From contig OZ024745.1 of the NCBI GenBank assembly GCA_964016885.1, positions 112,530,001-112,594,000 on the forward strand: DNA of 64,000 bases. The letters run 5' to 3'. Below are positions 1 to 12,994 of this stretch, piece by piece. A program made the translations under genes and the position numbers. The notes under the pieces were generated by a model. The model searched no databases. It was not told where the DNA came from and saw only the letters and a list, made by a program, of their open reading frames with translations. The DNA is from Eledone cirrhosa (taxonomy: Eukaryota). Each line of letters opens with the position of its first letter. Position 1 is the stretch's first letter.

Positions 1-57
1 CTGCAAAGCATGACGTCCGATCTTGTACCGATACTGCCAATAACAATTTAGGATATA

Positions 58-697
58 CTAGCAGAATGGCCCGGCGCTGCTCGGGATTTGCTCTAGGGTT
101 CTTATATATTTGATATATATTTATCCTTGTCAAGCCTCGTGAAATAAATACGTTTGTTTATATTTTGTTATTGTGTATGCAAAAATATCTGTACACGAAT
201 ATATAATTATATATATATATATATATATATATTAAAATAACAGATTAAAGTTTAAGCAAAGAATCGCCGCTTTCACTCTTAACGGGATCTTCTGAATCTA
301 AAAAATTAAATCTGTGAACGCAGAAGTAAATATTTCGAAAAACGTTACACACTATATATATATATACACACACTATATATACATATATATACACACACAC
401 ACAGCTACCTCATAACGTTGTAATGCAGACAGCCAGGCATACAGACAGATATTATAAGGGCGCAAAGTTATATCTATGTATCTATCTAAAAAGAGAAAGA
501 CTAAGAATTATAGAGAGAGATCGCTAAATCACCTAATGCGGTCCCTAGGGCATTGAAAATTCGAAATACTTTTTGCTCAAAACACTTACAGGACCATAAG
601 TATTACATGTGTAAAGTTTGAAAACAATGGGTTGGGTGGTTCTCGAGTTTTAGTCATCGGACAGACAGACAGACATTCTCTGTTTTAGATATATAGA
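58..697 (-). mobile_element. Non-autonomous Helitron-like element
   Basis: Minus strand begins TCTATATATCTAAAACAG (697) followed by (TCTG)n. It ends in the hairpin CCCGAGCAGCGCCGGG followed by CTAG (58-61). It is homologous to 8190-8260 and 8436-9298. Confidence 0.6.
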
Positions 698-1196
698 CTA
701 GCAGAAAACCACCCAGTGGGCGGTTTTCTGCTAGCAAATCTAGTGTATATACTGATATTGTTGAGATTTGGATGAGAAATGTTTTCGGCACCACAGGTTC
801 ACCGTCTCTCGGTGTGTCTTTTATGCATGTATAAATATATATGTTATCTATACGGTGAAATCTTTGAAATAAATATATGTTAAAACGAAAAAGGAGAAAA
901 AGAGATTAGTGACGGAAATATAAACGTTATGATACATAAACGTTATGATATAACGATGGAAATATGTAAACGTTTACGATAAAACGATGGAAATAGAAAC
1001 GTTTATATATAATGAAATGGCGAAACACTCGTAAGTCGAAACACTCGTAAAGCGAAACGTATAAATAAAGATTAATGTAATGAATTTGAAAAGCATAGAG
1101 ATTTGAAACCGCGTCTATTTGTTTCCTTGACATTTTTTACAGACGGACAGACAGACAAACAAACAGAGAAATGCCCATTATATATTATACGTAGAT
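698..1196 (-). mobile_element. Second Helitron-like element, head-to-tail with the first
   Basis: CTAG plus hairpin at 698-733; GACAGACAGAC motif and TC-type 5' end near 1196. Confidence 0.4.
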
Positions 1197-1711
1197 TCAA
1201 TGACAACCTTCTTCAAATGGTCCTTATTATCAGCAGCAACAACCACAAATTCAATGGCAACCTTCTTCAAACCACAAATTCAATGGCAACCTTCTTCAAA
1301 TGGTCCTTGGCATGGTGTCAAGTCAGAACCGCCTCGAACTGGTTACTTCTGGCTTGTGCAAGGTGTCTCTATAGCAACCAGCGATTCCCTCGGCCTCAGT
1401 GACCAAAGTCAGTGGAGAGGGGAAGGTAATGTTTCTATAGCGGCAGTGTTTCTCTTGGTAGTACCAAAGTGGAGAAAGGAAGGGGAAGATAATATTTCTG
1501 TAGCACGTGTTTTAGCGTCTATTTACTCTCTCTCTCTCTCTCCCTCTCTCCCTCCCGCTATCCCCCTCTCGTAGTCTGTCTCTTTCTTTCACTCTCACTC
1601 TCTCTCTCTCTCTACGCGTGTGCAAAAAACATTCGCACGCGCGCACGTGTTTCCACTGTCGGACAGACAGACAGAGAAATTGCTGGTTATATATATAAGT
1701 AGATATATTCA

Positions 1712-1870
1712 AAGGCGGCGAATGGGCTGAGTCGTTAAAACATCGGATAGAATGCTTTGATGCATTCGTTTCGGCTCTCTACTCTCTGAGTTCAAATCCC
1801 GCTGAGGTCAGCTTTATCTTTCACCCTTTCGAGGTCGATAAAAATGTTCTAGTTGAGTACTGGGATCGAT
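1712..1870 (+). mobile_element. tRNA-like SINE, older subfamily (family A)
   Basis: GGCGGCGAA head, B-box-like GAGTTCAAATCC, body CTTTCACCCTTTCGAGGTCGATAAA. Confidence 0.7.
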
Positions 1871-2430
1871 TCTTCCTCTATATCTTCTCACTTTCCCCTT
1901 TTCTATCTTTCCCTGAAAGCAATCTGCTGTATTCAGACCTGAAAAGGAGATTGGCTCTGCCAGGTTTTAAAATGCCCTAATTTTGACGACCAAAAATTTG
2001 AAAAAAATAAAATAAACATCCTTCAGCCTCCAGGACGCATGGTAGATTTTCGAAACTTATTTTAGGGAGAAGGTAGCGTCTTCGACGCCGGGAAATATGC
2101 TATTTAAAAAGTGAATGGAAGTATCCAGTGAAAATTGACTTTGATCATTAGCTACTAAAATGAGAACTTTGTGCATGTTTCAGCCATATTAAACCTCCTC
2201 CTTGAATTATAGACTTAATCGTATTTCCATTTATTATATAATTGAATGATAAAAGGGTTTGAGTAAATAAATACTGAAATGTGTAAGAAGTTAAAAGAAT
2301 ACCTTGAGAAATCACTTATAGGAAACCTAGTTAGCTTTCTACTCTTGCTGTTGTTGTTGATGCTCAGGTTATTGTTGTGGGTGTTACACTATTAGTTATT
2401 GATGTGATAGTAACAGTAGTCGTTGTGTGG

Positions 2431-5400
2431 TCATTGCAGTAGTTGTTTTGTTAATGTTCTGGTGGTAGTTGTTACAGTGGTGATTGTTGTGGTAGTTGTG
2501 GTAGTTGTGGTAGTTGTTACAGTGGTGATTGTTGTGGTATTTGTGGTAGTTGTGGTAGTTGTTACAGTGGTGATTGTTGTGGTTGTTGTTGCAGTTGTTA
2601 CAGTGGTGATTCTTGTGGTTGTTGTTGTAGTTGTTACAGTGGTGATTGTTGTGGTTGTTGTTGTAGTTGTTACAGTGGTGATTGTTGTAGTAGTTGTGGT
2701 AGTTGTGGTAGTTGTGGTAGTTGTTACAGTAGTGATTGTTGTGGTAGTTGTGGTAGTTGTTACAGTGGTGATTGTTGTGGTAGTTGTGGTAGTTGTTACA
2801 GTGGTGATTGTTGTGGTAGTTGTGGTAGTTGTTACAGTGGTGATTGTTGTGGTTGTTGTTGTAGTTGTTACAGTGGTGATTGTTGTGGTAGTTGTGGTAG
2901 TTGTGGTAGTTGTTACAGTAGTGATTGTTGTGGTAGTTGTGGTAGTTGTTACAGTGGTGATTGTTGTGGTAGTTGTGGTAGTTGTTACAGTGCTGATTGT
3001 TGTGGTTGTTGTTGTAGTTGTAGTTGTTACAGTGGTGATTGTTGTGGTAGTTGTGGTAGTTGTGGTAGTTGTTACAGTGGTGATTGTTGTGGTTGTTGTT
3101 GTAGTTGTTACAGTGGTGATTGTTGTGGTAGTTGTGGTAGTTGTTACAGTGGTGATTGTTGTGGTAGTTGTGGTAGTTGTGGTAGTTGTTACAGTGGTGA
3201 TTGTTGTGGTAGTTGTGGTAGTTGTGGTAGTTGTCACAGTGGTGATTGTTGTAGTTGTTGTTGTAGTTGTTACAGTGGTGATTGTTGTGGTAGTTGTGGT
3301 AGTTGTTACAGTGGTGATTGTTGTAGTAGTTGTGGTAGTTGTGATAGTTGTCACAGTGGTGATTGTTGTAGTTGTTGTTGTAGTTGTTACAGTGGTGATT
3401 GTTGTGGTAGTTGTGGTAGTTGTTACAGTGGTGATTGTTGTGGTAGTTGTGGTAGTTGTGGTAGTTGTTACAGTGGTGATTGTTGTGGTAGTTGTGGTAG
3501 TTGTTACTGTGGTGATTGTTGTGGTATTTGTGGTAGTTGTTACAGTGGTGATTGTTGTGGTATTTGTGGTAGTTGTGGTAGTTGTTACAGTGGTGATTGT
3601 TGTGGTAGTCGTGGTAGTTGTGGTAGTTGTCACAGTGGTGATTGTTGTAGTTGTTGTTGTAGTTGTTACAGTGGTGATTGTTGTGGTAGTTGTGGTAGTT
3701 GTTACAGTGGTGATTGTTGTAGTAGTTGTGGTAGTTGTGATAGTTGTCACAGTGGTGATTGTTGTAGTTGTTGTTGTAGTTGTTACAGTGGTGATTGTTG
3801 TGGTAGTTGTGGTAGTTGTTACAGTGGTGATTGTTGTGGTAGTTGTTACAGTGGTGATTGTTATGGTAGTTGTGGTAGTTGTGGTAGTTGTTACAGTGGT
3901 GATTGTTGTGGTAGTCGTGGTAGTTGTGGTAGTTGTCACAGTGGTGATTGTTGTAGTTGTTGTTGTAGTTGTTACAGTGGTGATTGTTGTGGTAGTTGTG
4001 GTAGTTGTTACAGTGGTGATTGTTGTAGTAGTTGTGGTAGTTGTGATAGTTGTCACAGTGGTGATTGTTGTAGTTGTTGTTGTAGTTGTTACAGTGGTGA
4101 TTGTTGTGGTAGTTGTGGTAGTTGTTACAGTGGTGATTGTTGTGGTAGTTGTGGTAGTTGTGGTAGTTGTTACAGTGGTGATTGTTGTGGTAGTTGTGGT
4201 AGTTGTTACAGTGGTGATTGTTGTGGTATTTGTGGTAGTTGTTACAGTGGTGATTGTTGTGGTATTTGTGGTAGTTGTGATAGTTGTTACAGTGGTGATT
4301 GTTGTGGTAGTCGTGGTAGTTGTGGTAGTTGTCACAGTGGTGATTGTTGTAGTTGTTGTAGTTGTTACAGTGGTGATTGTTGTGGTAGTTGTGGTAGTTG
4401 TTACAGTGGTGATTGTTGTAGTAGTTGTGGTAGTTGTGATAGTTGTCACAGTGGTGATTGTTGTAGTTGTTGTTGTAGTTGTTACAGTGGTGATTGTTTT
4501 GGTAGTTGTGGTAGTTGTTACAGTGGTGATTGTTGTGGTAGTTGTTACAGTGGTGATTGTTATGGTAGTTGTGGTAGTTGTGGTAGTTGTGGTAGTTGTT
4601 ACAGTGGTGATTGTTGTAGTTGTTGTTGTAGTTGTTACAGTGGTGATTGTTGTGGTAGTTGTGGTAGTTGTTACAGTGGTGATTGTTGTGGTAGTTGTTA
4701 CAGTGGTGATTGTTATGGTAGTTGTGGTAGTTGTGGTAGTTGTGGTAGTTGTTACAGTGGTGATTGTTGTGGTATTTGTGGTAGTTGTGGTAGTTGTTAC
4801 AGTAGTGATTGTTGTAGTTGTTGTTGTAGTTGTTACAGTGGTGATTCTTGTGGTAGTTGTGGTAGTTGTTACAGTGGTGATTGTTGTGGTAGTTGTGGTA
4901 GTTGTTACAGTGGTGATTGTTGTGGTATTTGTGGTAGTTGTGGTAGTTGTTACAGTAGTGATTGTTGTGGTAGTTGTGGTAGTTGTGGTAGTTGTTACAG
5001 TAGTGATTGTTGTGGTATTTGTGGTAGTTGTGGTAGTTGTTACAGTAGTGATTGTTGTGGTAGTTGTGGTAGTTGTTACAGTAGTGATTGTTGTGGTATT
5101 TGTGGTAGTTGTTACAGTAGTGATTGTTGTGGTATTTGTGGTAGTTGTGGTAGTTGTTACAGTAGTGATTATTGTGGTATTTGTGGTAGTTGTTACAGTA
5201 GTGATTGTTGTGGTAGTTGTGGTAGTTGTGGTAGTTGTTACAGTGGTGATTGTTGTGGTATTTGTGGTAGTTGTTACAGTAGTGATTGTTGTGGTATTTG
5301 TGGTAGTTGTGGTAGTTGTTACAGTGGTGATTGTTGTGGTATTTGTGGTAGTTGTGGTAGTTGTTACAGTAGTGATTATTGTGGTATTTGTGGTAGTTGT

Positions 5401-7554
5401 TACAGTAGTGATTGTTGTGGTAGTTGTGGTAGTTGTGGTAGTTGTTACAGTGGTGATTGTTGTGGTAGTTGTGGTAGTTGTTACAGTGGCGATTGTTGTG
5501 GTAGTTGTGGTAGTTGTTACAGTAGTGATTGTTGTGGTAGTTGTGGTAGTTGTGATAGTTGTTACAGTGGTGATTGTTGTGGTATTTGTGGTAGTTGTGG
5601 TAGTTGTTACAGTAGTGATTGTTGTGGTAGTTGTGGTAGTTGTTACAGTGGTGATTGTTGTGGTAGTTGTGGTAGTTGTTACAGTGGTGATTGTTGTGGT
5701 ATTTGTTGTAGTTGTGGTAGTTGTTACAGTGGTGATTGTTGTGGTAGTTGTGGTAGTTGTTACAGTAGTGATTGTTTTGGTATTTGTGGTAGTTGTGGTA
5801 GTTGTTACAGTAGTGATTATTGTGGTAGTTGTGGTAGTTGTTACAGTGGTGATTGTTGTGGTAGTTGTGGTAGTTGTGGTAGCTGTTACAGTGGTGATTG
5901 TTGTGGTATTTGTGGTAGTTGTGGTAGTTGTGGTAGTTGTTACTTTGGTGATTGTTGTGGTAGTTGTGGTAGTTGTTACAGTAGTGATTGTTGTGGTAGT
6001 TGTGGTAGTTGTGGTAGTTGTTACAGTGGTGATTGTTGTGGTAGTTGTGGTAGTTGTTACAGTGGTGATTGTTGTGGTATTTGTGGTAGTTGTTACAGTG
6101 GTGATTGTTGTGCTATTTGTGGTAGTTGTGATAGTTGTTACAGTGGTGATTGTTGTGGTAGTCGTGGTAGTTGTGGTAGTTGTCACAGTGGTGATTGTTG
6201 TAGTTGTTGTAGTTGTTACAGTGGTGATTGTTGTGGTAGTTGTGGTAGTTGTTACAGTGGTGATTGTTGTAGTAGTTGTGGTAGTTGTGATAGTTGTCAC
6301 AGTGGTGATTGTTGTAGTTGTTGTTGTAGTTGTTACAGTGGTGATTGTTGTGGTAGTTGTGGTAGTTGTTACAGTGGTGATTGTTGTGGTAGTTGTTACA
6401 GTGGTGATTGTTATGGTAGTTGTGGTAGTTGTGGTAGTTGTTACAGTGGTGATTGTTGTAGTTGTTGTTGTAGTTGTTACAGTGGTGATTGTTGTGGTAG
6501 TTGTGGTAGTTGTTACAGTGGTGATTGTTGTGGTAGTTGTTACAGTGGTGATTGTTATGGTAGTTGTGGTAGTTGTGGTAGTTGTTACAGTGGTGATTGT
6601 TGTGGTATTTGTGGTAGTTGTGGTAGTTGTTACAGTAGTGATTGTTGTAGTTGTTGTTGTAGTTGTTACAGTGGTGATTCTTGTGGTAGTTGTGGTAGTT
6701 GTTACAGTGGTGATTGTTGTGGTAGTTGTGGTAGTTGTTACAGTGGTGATTGTTGTGGTATTTGTGGTAGTTGTGGTAGTTGTTACAGTAGTGATTGTTG
6801 TGGTAGTTGTGGTAGTTGTTACAGTAGTGATTGTTGTGGTATTTGTGGTAGTTGTTACAGTAGTGATTGTTGTGGTATTTGTGGTAGTTGTGGTAGTTGT
6901 TACAGTAGTGATTATTGTGGTATTTGTGGTAGTTGTTACAGTAGTGATTGTTGTGGTAGTTGTGGTAGTTGTGGTAGTTGTTACAGTGGTGATTGTTGTG
7001 GTATTTGTGGTAGTTGTGGTAGTTGTTACAGTGGTGATTGTTGTGGTAGTTGTGGTAGTTGTTACAGTAGTGATTGTTGTGGTATTTGTGGTAGTTGTGG
7101 TAGTTGTTACAGTAGTGATTATTGTGGTAGTTGTGGTAGTTGTTACAGTGGTGATTGTTGTGGTAGTTGTGGTAGTTGTGGTAGCTGTTACAGTGGTGAT
7201 TGTTGTGGTATTTGTGGTAGTTGTGGTAGTTGTTACTTTGGTGATTGTTGTGGTAGTTGTGGTAGTTGTTACAGTAGTGATTGTTGTGGTAGTTGTGGTA
7301 GTTGTGGTAGTTGTTACAGTGGTGATTGTTGTGGTTGTTGTTGCAGTTGCAGTGGTAATTTCACTGGTAGTTTCAGTTGTCGTTACGTGGTTAATGGAGT
7401 AGTTATTTTGTTGTGTTCTGGTATTGGTGGTAGTTGTTACAGTGGTGATTGTAATGGTTGTTGTTGCAGTTGCAGTGGTAGTTTCACTGGTAGTTCCAGT
7501 GGTAGTTTTAGTTGTCATTACGTTGTTATTGCAATAGTTGTTGTTGTTTTGCAT
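2431..7554 (-). CDS. Putative Thr-rich mucin-like ORF/exon (1707 aa, TTITTVTTT repeats)
   Basis: Uninterrupted ORF with mucin-like composition. There is no signal peptide or folded domain, and the flanks show apparent frameshifts, so it may be non-coding. Confidence 0.3.
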   Translation of the reverse strand: MQNNNNYCNNNVMTTKTTTGTTSETTTATATTTITITTVTTTTNTRTQQNNYSINHVTTTETTSEITTATATTTTTITTVTTTTTTTTTTTITTVTTTTTTTTITKVTTTTTTTNTTTITTVTATTTTTTTTTITTVTTTTTTTIITTVTTTTTTTNTTTITTVTTTTTTTTITTVTTTTTTTNTTTITTVTTTTTTTTTTTITTVTTTTNTTIITTVTTTTTTTNTTTITTVTTTTNTTTITTVTTTTTTTTITTVTTTTTTTNTTTITTVTTTTTTTTITTVTTTTTTTRITTVTTTTTTTTITTVTTTTTTTNTTTITTVTTTTTTTTTITITTVTTTTTITTVTTTTTTTTITTVTTTTTTTTITTVTTTTTTTTTITITTVTTTTTITTVTTTTTTTTITTVTTTTTTTTITTVTTITTTTTTTTITTVTTTTTTTTITTVTTTTTTTITTVTTTTTTTTTTTITTVTTITTTTNSTTITTVTTTTNTTTITTVTTTTTTTTITTVTTTTTTTTTTTITTVTTTTTTTTITKVTTTTTTTTTTNTTTITTVTATTTTTTTTTITTVTTTTTTTIITTVTTTTTTTNTKTITTVTTTTTTTTITTVTTTTTTTNTTTITTVTTTTTTTTITTVTTTTTTTTITTVTTTTTTTNTTTITTVTTITTTTTTTTITTVTTTTTTTTIATVTTTTTTTTITTVTTTTTTTTTTTITTVTTTTNTTIITTVTTTTTTTNTTTITTVTTTTTTTNTTTITTVTTTTNTTTITTVTTTTTTTTTTTITTVTTTTNTTIITTVTTTTTTTNTTTITTVTTTTNTTTITTVTTTTTTTTITTVTTTTTTTNTTTITTVTTTTTTTTTTTITTVTTTTTTTNTTTITTVTTTTTTTTITTVTTTTTTTRITTVTTTTTTTTITTVTTTTTTTNTTTITTVTTTTTTTTTTTTITITTVTTTTTITTVTTTTTTTTITTVTTTTTTTTITTVTTTTTTTTTTTTITITTVTTTTTITTVTTTTTTKTITTVTTTTTTTTITTVTTITTTTTTTTITTVTTTTTTTTITTVTTTTTTTITTVTTTTTTTTTTTITTVTTITTTTNTTTITTVTTTTNTTTITTVTTTTTTTTITTVTTTTTTTTTTTITTVTTTTTTTTITTVTTTTTTTTITTVTTITTTTTTTTITTVTTTTTTTTITTVTTTTTTTTITTVTTTTTTTTTTTITTVTTTTTTTTTITITTVTTTTTITTVTTTTTTTTITTVTTTTTTTTITTVTTITTTTTTTTITTVTTTTTTTTITTVTTTTTTTTITTVTTTTTTTTTTTITTVTTTTTTTNTTTITTVTTTTNTTTITTVTTTTTTTTITTVTTTTTTTTTTTITTVTTTTTTTTITTVTTTTTTTTITTVTTITTTTTTTTITTVTTTTTTTTITTVTTTTTTTTITTVTTTTTTTTTTTITTVTTTTTTTTTTTITTVTTTTTTTTITTVTTTTTTTTITTVTTTTTTTTTTTITTVTTTTTTTTTTISTVTTTTTTTTITTVTTTTTTTTITTVTTTTTTTTTTTITTVTTTTTTTTITTVTTTTTTTTITTVTTTTTTTTITTVTTTTTTTTITTVTTTTTTTTTTTTTTITTVTTTTTTTTITTVTTTTTTTRITTVTTATTTTTITTVTTTTTTTNTTTITTVTTTTTTTTTTTITTVTTTTRTLTKQLLQ
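2461..7345. repeat. ~4.9 kb minisatellite of mostly 27-45 bp units built from 9-bp modules (GTTACAGTGGTGATT + (GTTGTGGTA)n)
   Basis: Directly visible tandem array. Unit-length variation is in multiples of 3 and the reading frame stays open on both strands. Confidence 0.97.
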
Positions 7555-7769
7555 ATGTTCTGAAGGTGGTTGCCTTAGCAGCAGATAAGATGCTATACAC
7601 TTGTGGTTATAACAGTAATAACATTCACATGTGAATTGTTAATGTCTGATTTATCACTTTTATGTTTACACATAAATATTTTAAGATGGCGGCTTGAAAT
7701 GAAACGAACACTTTATAACGAGTAAACACTGAGGTGTAAACAAGAAAAAGTCAATAAACCATTCAAATT

Positions 7770-8112
7770 CAATTCAGGTCCATCTCACTCCCGTGAAGGA
7801 AGTCCTCCCTGTTTGACCTCCACTGCTTTCTGTTTGGTTTTGGTCATGTCAAGGGTGTAGTTGTACTCACCATGCTTGTCTAATTACAGGTTGGTGAGGC
7901 TATTTAACCCATTGTTGGAGTGGATGGCCATTGACTCTGAGGAGTTCATCCGCCCTTTAGCAAGTTTTGTTTTTATGCTGCTAGGGTTCTGCTTACCTTC
8001 CTCATCAGACTAGAGTCTTGTGGAGGAGTCGATTTAGTCACCAAGCACTTGACCATGAAGGAGGTTGTGTTAAGTTGCATGGTACCAGTAGCAGACAGAA
8101 GCCTGACCTGAC
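7770..8112 (-). mobile_element. Diverged copy of the (TATG)n-associated non-autonomous retroelement (family T)
   Basis: Reverse complement matches the 5' part of 41893-42497 (TGCTACTGGTA.CATG, GACTAAA, AAAAACAAAAC, AGAGTCAATGGCCATCC). Confidence 0.6.
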
Positions 8113-8189
8113 CATAAATATACCATTGTTAAAGCTTACATCCAAAGGTATTCCAAACTCTAGAAATAATATAGTAACTCTGTACCATA

Positions 8190-8403
8190 TCTATATATCT
8201 AAAACAGAGGATGTCTGTCTGTCTATCTGACTTCCTAAAACTCGAGAACCACCCAACCACAGAAGCACTGAGTGCAGTGTCAACTCTGGATGTCGGTGAG
8301 CATGTCCAGTTCGTGAGTTTTAACAGGCACTCACAAATAAAGTTTCCCATTGGAGGTGTTATTACCAATCTTCTTACCCGTGCAACGTCGGGATACACTG
8401 CTA

Positions 8404-8404
<1 letters not shown>
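8190..8404 (+). mobile_element. Short complete non-autonomous Helitron (215 bp)
   Basis: 5' TC, 3' hairpin CCCGTGCAACGTCGGG followed by CTAG, inserted between host A and T, no TSD. Confidence 0.7.
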
Positions 8405-8437
<33 letters not shown>

Positions 8438-8554
8438 TGTAACATTTTTCGAAATATTTACTTCTGCGTTCACAGATTGATTATTTTAGTTTCAGAAGAT
8501 CCCGTTAAGGGTAAAAGCAGCGATTATTTGCTTAAACTTTAATCTGTTATTTTA

Positions 8555-8876
<322 letters not shown>

Positions 8877-8915
8877 CGAAACATAAGTCAATTGCATGAA
8901 CTCATAATCCTTTAT

Positions 8916-8983
8916 TTACTTACTGGTATATATATTTCGATGATAGCCATTGAATGGCTATGACCTCATCAGCCAGTCAGTAA
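8916..8983 (-). ncRNA. Type I hammerhead ribozyme (HHR-1)
   Basis: Minus strand: TTACTGACTGG-CTGATGA-GGTCATAGCCA(TTCAA)TGGCTATCATC-GAA-ATATATAT-A|CCAGTAAGTAA. Core complete, stem I 10/11 bp, stem II 10/11 bp, palindromic stem III. Confidence 0.85.
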
Positions 8984-9319
8984 GTTCTTAGATATGCCAG
9001 CTCTGGGTTTTTGGTATTGATGGTATCAGAGCCTTGGGACATATGAGCTTGTTAGGGATAATTTAATGTTGTCAGCAGGAATAATCTTAATTCTCATTGG
9101 TCAGTTTGTAGATGCTAGTAGGGTTGGTATTTGACCTCAAAGAGGTGATTATATATTCGTGTACAGATATCTTTGCATACACAATAACAAAATATAAACA
9201 AAGGTATTTATTTCACGAGGCTCGATAAGGATAAATCTATATCAAATATATAAGAACCCTAGAGAAAATCCCGTGCAACGCCGGGCCATTTTGCTAGTTA
9301 TTTCTAAAGTTGGGAACAC

Positions 9320-11060
9320 TGTCACATCTGGTATTACAGTTGATGTGATTCGTGTTGTGGCTTGTGTTGTGGTTGTCGTAGTGGTTAGTGTTGTGGCTGG
9401 TGTTGTAGTTAGTGTTGTGGTTGGTATTGCGGTCGGTTTTGTAGATGTTGTGGTTGTTGTAGATGTTGGTGTAGTTGTTGTAGCTGGTGTAGCAGTGGGA
9501 GTAGTGGAGGCAGTGGAGGTAGTGGGGTAGTGGAGGTAGTGGAGGTAGTGGGGGTAGTGGAGATAGTGGGGGTAGTGGAGGTAGTGACGGTAATGTGGGT
9601 AGTGGAGGTAGTGGGGTAGTGGGGGTAGTGGAGGTAGTGGGGTAGTGGGGTAGTGGGGGTATAGGAGGTAGTGGGGTAGTGGAGGTAGTGGGGTAGTGGG
9701 GGTAGTGGAGGTAGTGGGGGTAGTGGGGATATGGGTGGTAGTGGGGTAGTGGAGGTAGTGGAGGTAGTGGGTAGTGGGGTAGTGGAGATAGTGGGGGGTA
9801 GTGGAGGTAGTGGAGGTAGTGGGGTAGTAGGGGTAGTGGTGGTAGTAGAGGTAGTAAGGTAGGGGGTAGGGGGTAGTGGGGTAGTGGGGGTAGTGGAGGT
9901 AGTGGAGGTAGTGGAGGTAGTGGGGGGTAGTGGAGGTAGTGGAGGTATAGGGGTAGTGGAGGTAGTGGAGGTAGTAGAGGTAGTGGAGGTAGTGGAGGTA
10001 GGGGAGGTAGTGGAGTTAGTGGAGGTAGTAGGGGTATTGGGGGTAGTGGGGGTAGTAGGGGTAGTGGAAGTAGGAGGGTAGTGGAGGTAGTGGGGGTAGT
10101 GGGGATACTGGTGGTAGTGGGGGTAGTGGGGGTAGTGGGGGTAGTGGGGATACTGGTGGTAGTGGGGGTAGTGGGGATACTGGTGGTAGTGGGGGTAGTG
10201 GGGGTAGTGGGGTAGTGGGGTAGTGGGGGTAGTGGGGGATATTAAAGTTAGTAGTGATAGTTGCAGATGTTGTGAGATGTGTAGTATTAGTAGTGGTAAT
10301 GGTGGTAGTAGTGGTAATGGTGGTAGTAGTGGTAATGGTGGTAGTAGTGGTAGTGGTAATGGTGGGAGTAGTGGTAGTGGTGGTAGTAATGGTGATGGTA
10401 GTGGTGATGGTAGTGGTAGTGGTGGTAGTAGTGGTGATGGTACTGGTAGTGGTAATGGTGGTAGTAGTGGTGATGGTAGTGGTAATGGTGGTAGTAGTGG
10501 TAATGGTAGTGGTAGTGGTGGTAGTAATGGTGGTGGTAGTGGTAATGGTGGTAGTAGTGGTAATGGTAGTGGTAGTGGTGGTAGTAATGGTGGTGGTAGT
10601 GGTAATGGTGGTAGTAGAGGTAATGGTGGTAGTAGTGGTAGTGGTAGTAGTGGTAGTGGTAGTAGTGGTAATGGTAGTGGTAGTGGTGGTAGTAATGGTG
10701 ATGGTAGTGGTAGCGGTAATGGAGGTAGTAGTGGTGATGGTAGTGGTAGTGGTGGTAGTGGTAGAAGTGGTAATGGTGGTAGTAGTGGTGATGGTAGTGG
10801 TAGTGGTGGTAGTGGTAGAAGTGGTAATGGTGGTAGTAATGGTTGTAAAGGCGGTTGTAGTTTGTGTGGTGGAGGTAGTGACATTGGTGCGGCGTTGGTG
10901 GTGGTGGTGGTGGTGGTGGTGGTGGTGGTGGTGGTGGTGGTGGTGGTGGTGGTGGAGGTATGTGAGGTAGTGCAGATATTGTGGGTGGTGGCGACTGGTG
11001 TCACTGTTCAGGTGGTGCTGGCAGTCAACATTGTCGTGAGTGGGGTAGTAGAAATATGCG
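9320..11060 (-). repeat. Composite G-rich low-complexity tract; reads Thr/Pro-rich on the minus strand in shifting frames
   Basis: GG(G/A)GGTAGT 8-9 bp units at 9500-10240, (GTG/GTA)n at 10290-10850, (GGT)n at 10896-10953. Several frame changes and a stop. Confidence 0.9.
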
Positions 11061-11084
11061 GTGGGGAGGGGGGTTAAAGTATGG

Positions 11085-11168
11085 GAGGTAGAGAAAGAAA
11101 AAGAGAGAGAAAGAAAGAGAGAGAGAAAGGGGGGCAGATAGAGGGGGAGAGAGGGAGAGAGAGAGGGG

Positions 11169-11207
<39 letters not shown>

Positions 11208-11218
11208 GGAGAGAGAGA

Positions 11219-11277
<59 letters not shown>

Positions 11278-11310
11278 GGAGAGAGGGGCGTGGGGGGGGG
11301 GGGGGGGGGC
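11085..11310. repeat. (GA)n / poly-G tract
   Basis: Directly visible. Confidence 0.95.
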
Positions 11311-11424
11311 TGTGTATGTGTTTGCGAGTGTTTGTAAGATAAAGAATAAGTGTAGGCATGTTATGAGTGACAGGGAATGTGAGAATCTATGTATGAGGGA
11401 GAAATAACGATATATAAGGATAAA

Positions 11425-11730
11425 AGGATAAAGGCTACCTTCGGCCACGAAGGACTATGGGATTTGCTGCACCTAGAAAGTTCCCCACCGAGGCACAACA
11501 CCGGGCAAGGTTGTTTGTGGAAGACCAGCATTCCTCCATGCATTCCAGCCTCCCTGCTCCACGCCACCGATGTGTTGTCCAAGGGAAAGGGTAAGGACCG
11601 ATACAGTTTGGCACCAGTGACGGCGAAATTCATTTCTACAGCTGAGTGAACTGGAGCAACGTGAAATAAAGTGTCTTGTTCAAGAACACAACGAAAAGCC
11701 CGGTCCGAGAATCGAACCCACAACCACGCG
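11425..11730 (-). mobile_element. tRNA-derived SINE (family B head, alternative tail)
   Basis: Minus strand has B box GGTTCGATTC, then GTGTTCTTGAACAAGACACTTTATTTCACGTTGCTCCAGTTCACTCAGCTG, ending in a CCTTTA-type tail. Confidence 0.75.
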
Positions 11731-11748
11731 ATATATATATATATATAG

Positions 11749-11931
11749 TAATTGTTTCTACTTTAGGCACAAGGCCAGCAATTAACCAGTGCATTACTGG
11801 TACTTTATTTGATCGACCCCGTAAGGATGAAAGGCAAAGTCAACCTCGGCGGGATTTTAACTCAGATCGTAAAGGGACGTAACTATGCTGGAAAGCATGG
11901 CGTCCGACCCTCTACCGATACTGCCAATCCA
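11749..11931 (-). mobile_element. SINE family A
   Basis: Reverse complement of the 30797-30985 sequence. Confidence 0.9.
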
Positions 11932-12041
11932 CAATAAATTTGAAGACTAAAATCCAAATCAATGCAGCGATTCATTGCTTAAACTTTAATCTGTTATTTT
12001 AATAAATATATATATATATATATATATCATGAGGTTGTGAG

Positions 12042-12124
<83 letters not shown>

Positions 12125-12237
12125 AGAAAAATGGAGCGCTGCGTAGTTGCACATGGGTTACATATGAATAAAATTAGTCCTTCATCGGTGATCTTCCAAC
12201 CTTCATTGGTATTTCATCGCTTATCATGAGTTTGTGT

Positions 12238-12268
<31 letters not shown>

Positions 12269-12289
12269 ATATATATGTGTGTATGTATA

Positions 12290-12448
12290 TAGGGAGAAAG
12301 AGAGTGAGAGAGAGTAAGAGAAAGAAACAGAAAGAATTAAAGAGAAAGAGTTAAAAAGAAAGGGAGAATTTGAGACAGAGAGTAAAAGCGAAAGAGAGGG
12401 AGAAAGAGAAAAAGGCATAGAAAGAGACTAAGGGCGAGAAAGAGAGAA

Positions 12449-12516
<68 letters not shown>

Positions 12517-12522
12517 AGAAAG

Positions 12523-12585
<63 letters not shown>

Positions 12586-12617
12586 GAGAGAGAGAGAGAA
12601 AGAGAGGGAGAGAGAGG
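12290..12617. repeat. (GA)n-rich tract
   Basis: Directly visible. Confidence 0.95.
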
Positions 12618-12994
12618 GTGAATATGCATGTGAAAGGGTGCATACGTTCTGATGGTGTCAGAGAGAGCCGACGAGTGTCATGTTAATCAGTGCTCAACGT
12701 CACGATAAGTAGTCCTAGTCTGCTGTAGTGAGAGTATTACGTGTTAATGTTAGTGTGTCAAGGATAACAATGACAGTGCTAATCAATAAGACCGCTAAAG
12801 TAGACATTCAGTCACAAGAGGAAGTCAGATGTCAAAGCTGTTCTTTCAGGAATAAATGTGATTGGCATAGCCAGCTAGTCAGATGCCTGCTTAAACCTTC
12901 TTTCTATATATATACACTCTCACATATGTACAAAGACCACACATACGCAGCGCATATATATATATCTATATATATATATATATATATATATATA

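Noticed and set aside
2423-7402. 1659-aa poly-Val ORF
   Set aside because: It is the antisense reading of the same repeat; an almost pure Val/Ile protein with a non-ATG start is implausible.
7960-8012. CTGATGA on the minus strand as a hammerhead
   Set aside because: No stem II or GAAA follows; it aligns to TTGGTGAGGAGGG of family T.
10223-11077. Gly/Ser/Asn-rich ORF resembling a structural protein
   Set aside because: An alternative frame of (GTG/GTA)n low complexity; it runs into poly-Val and has no signal peptide.
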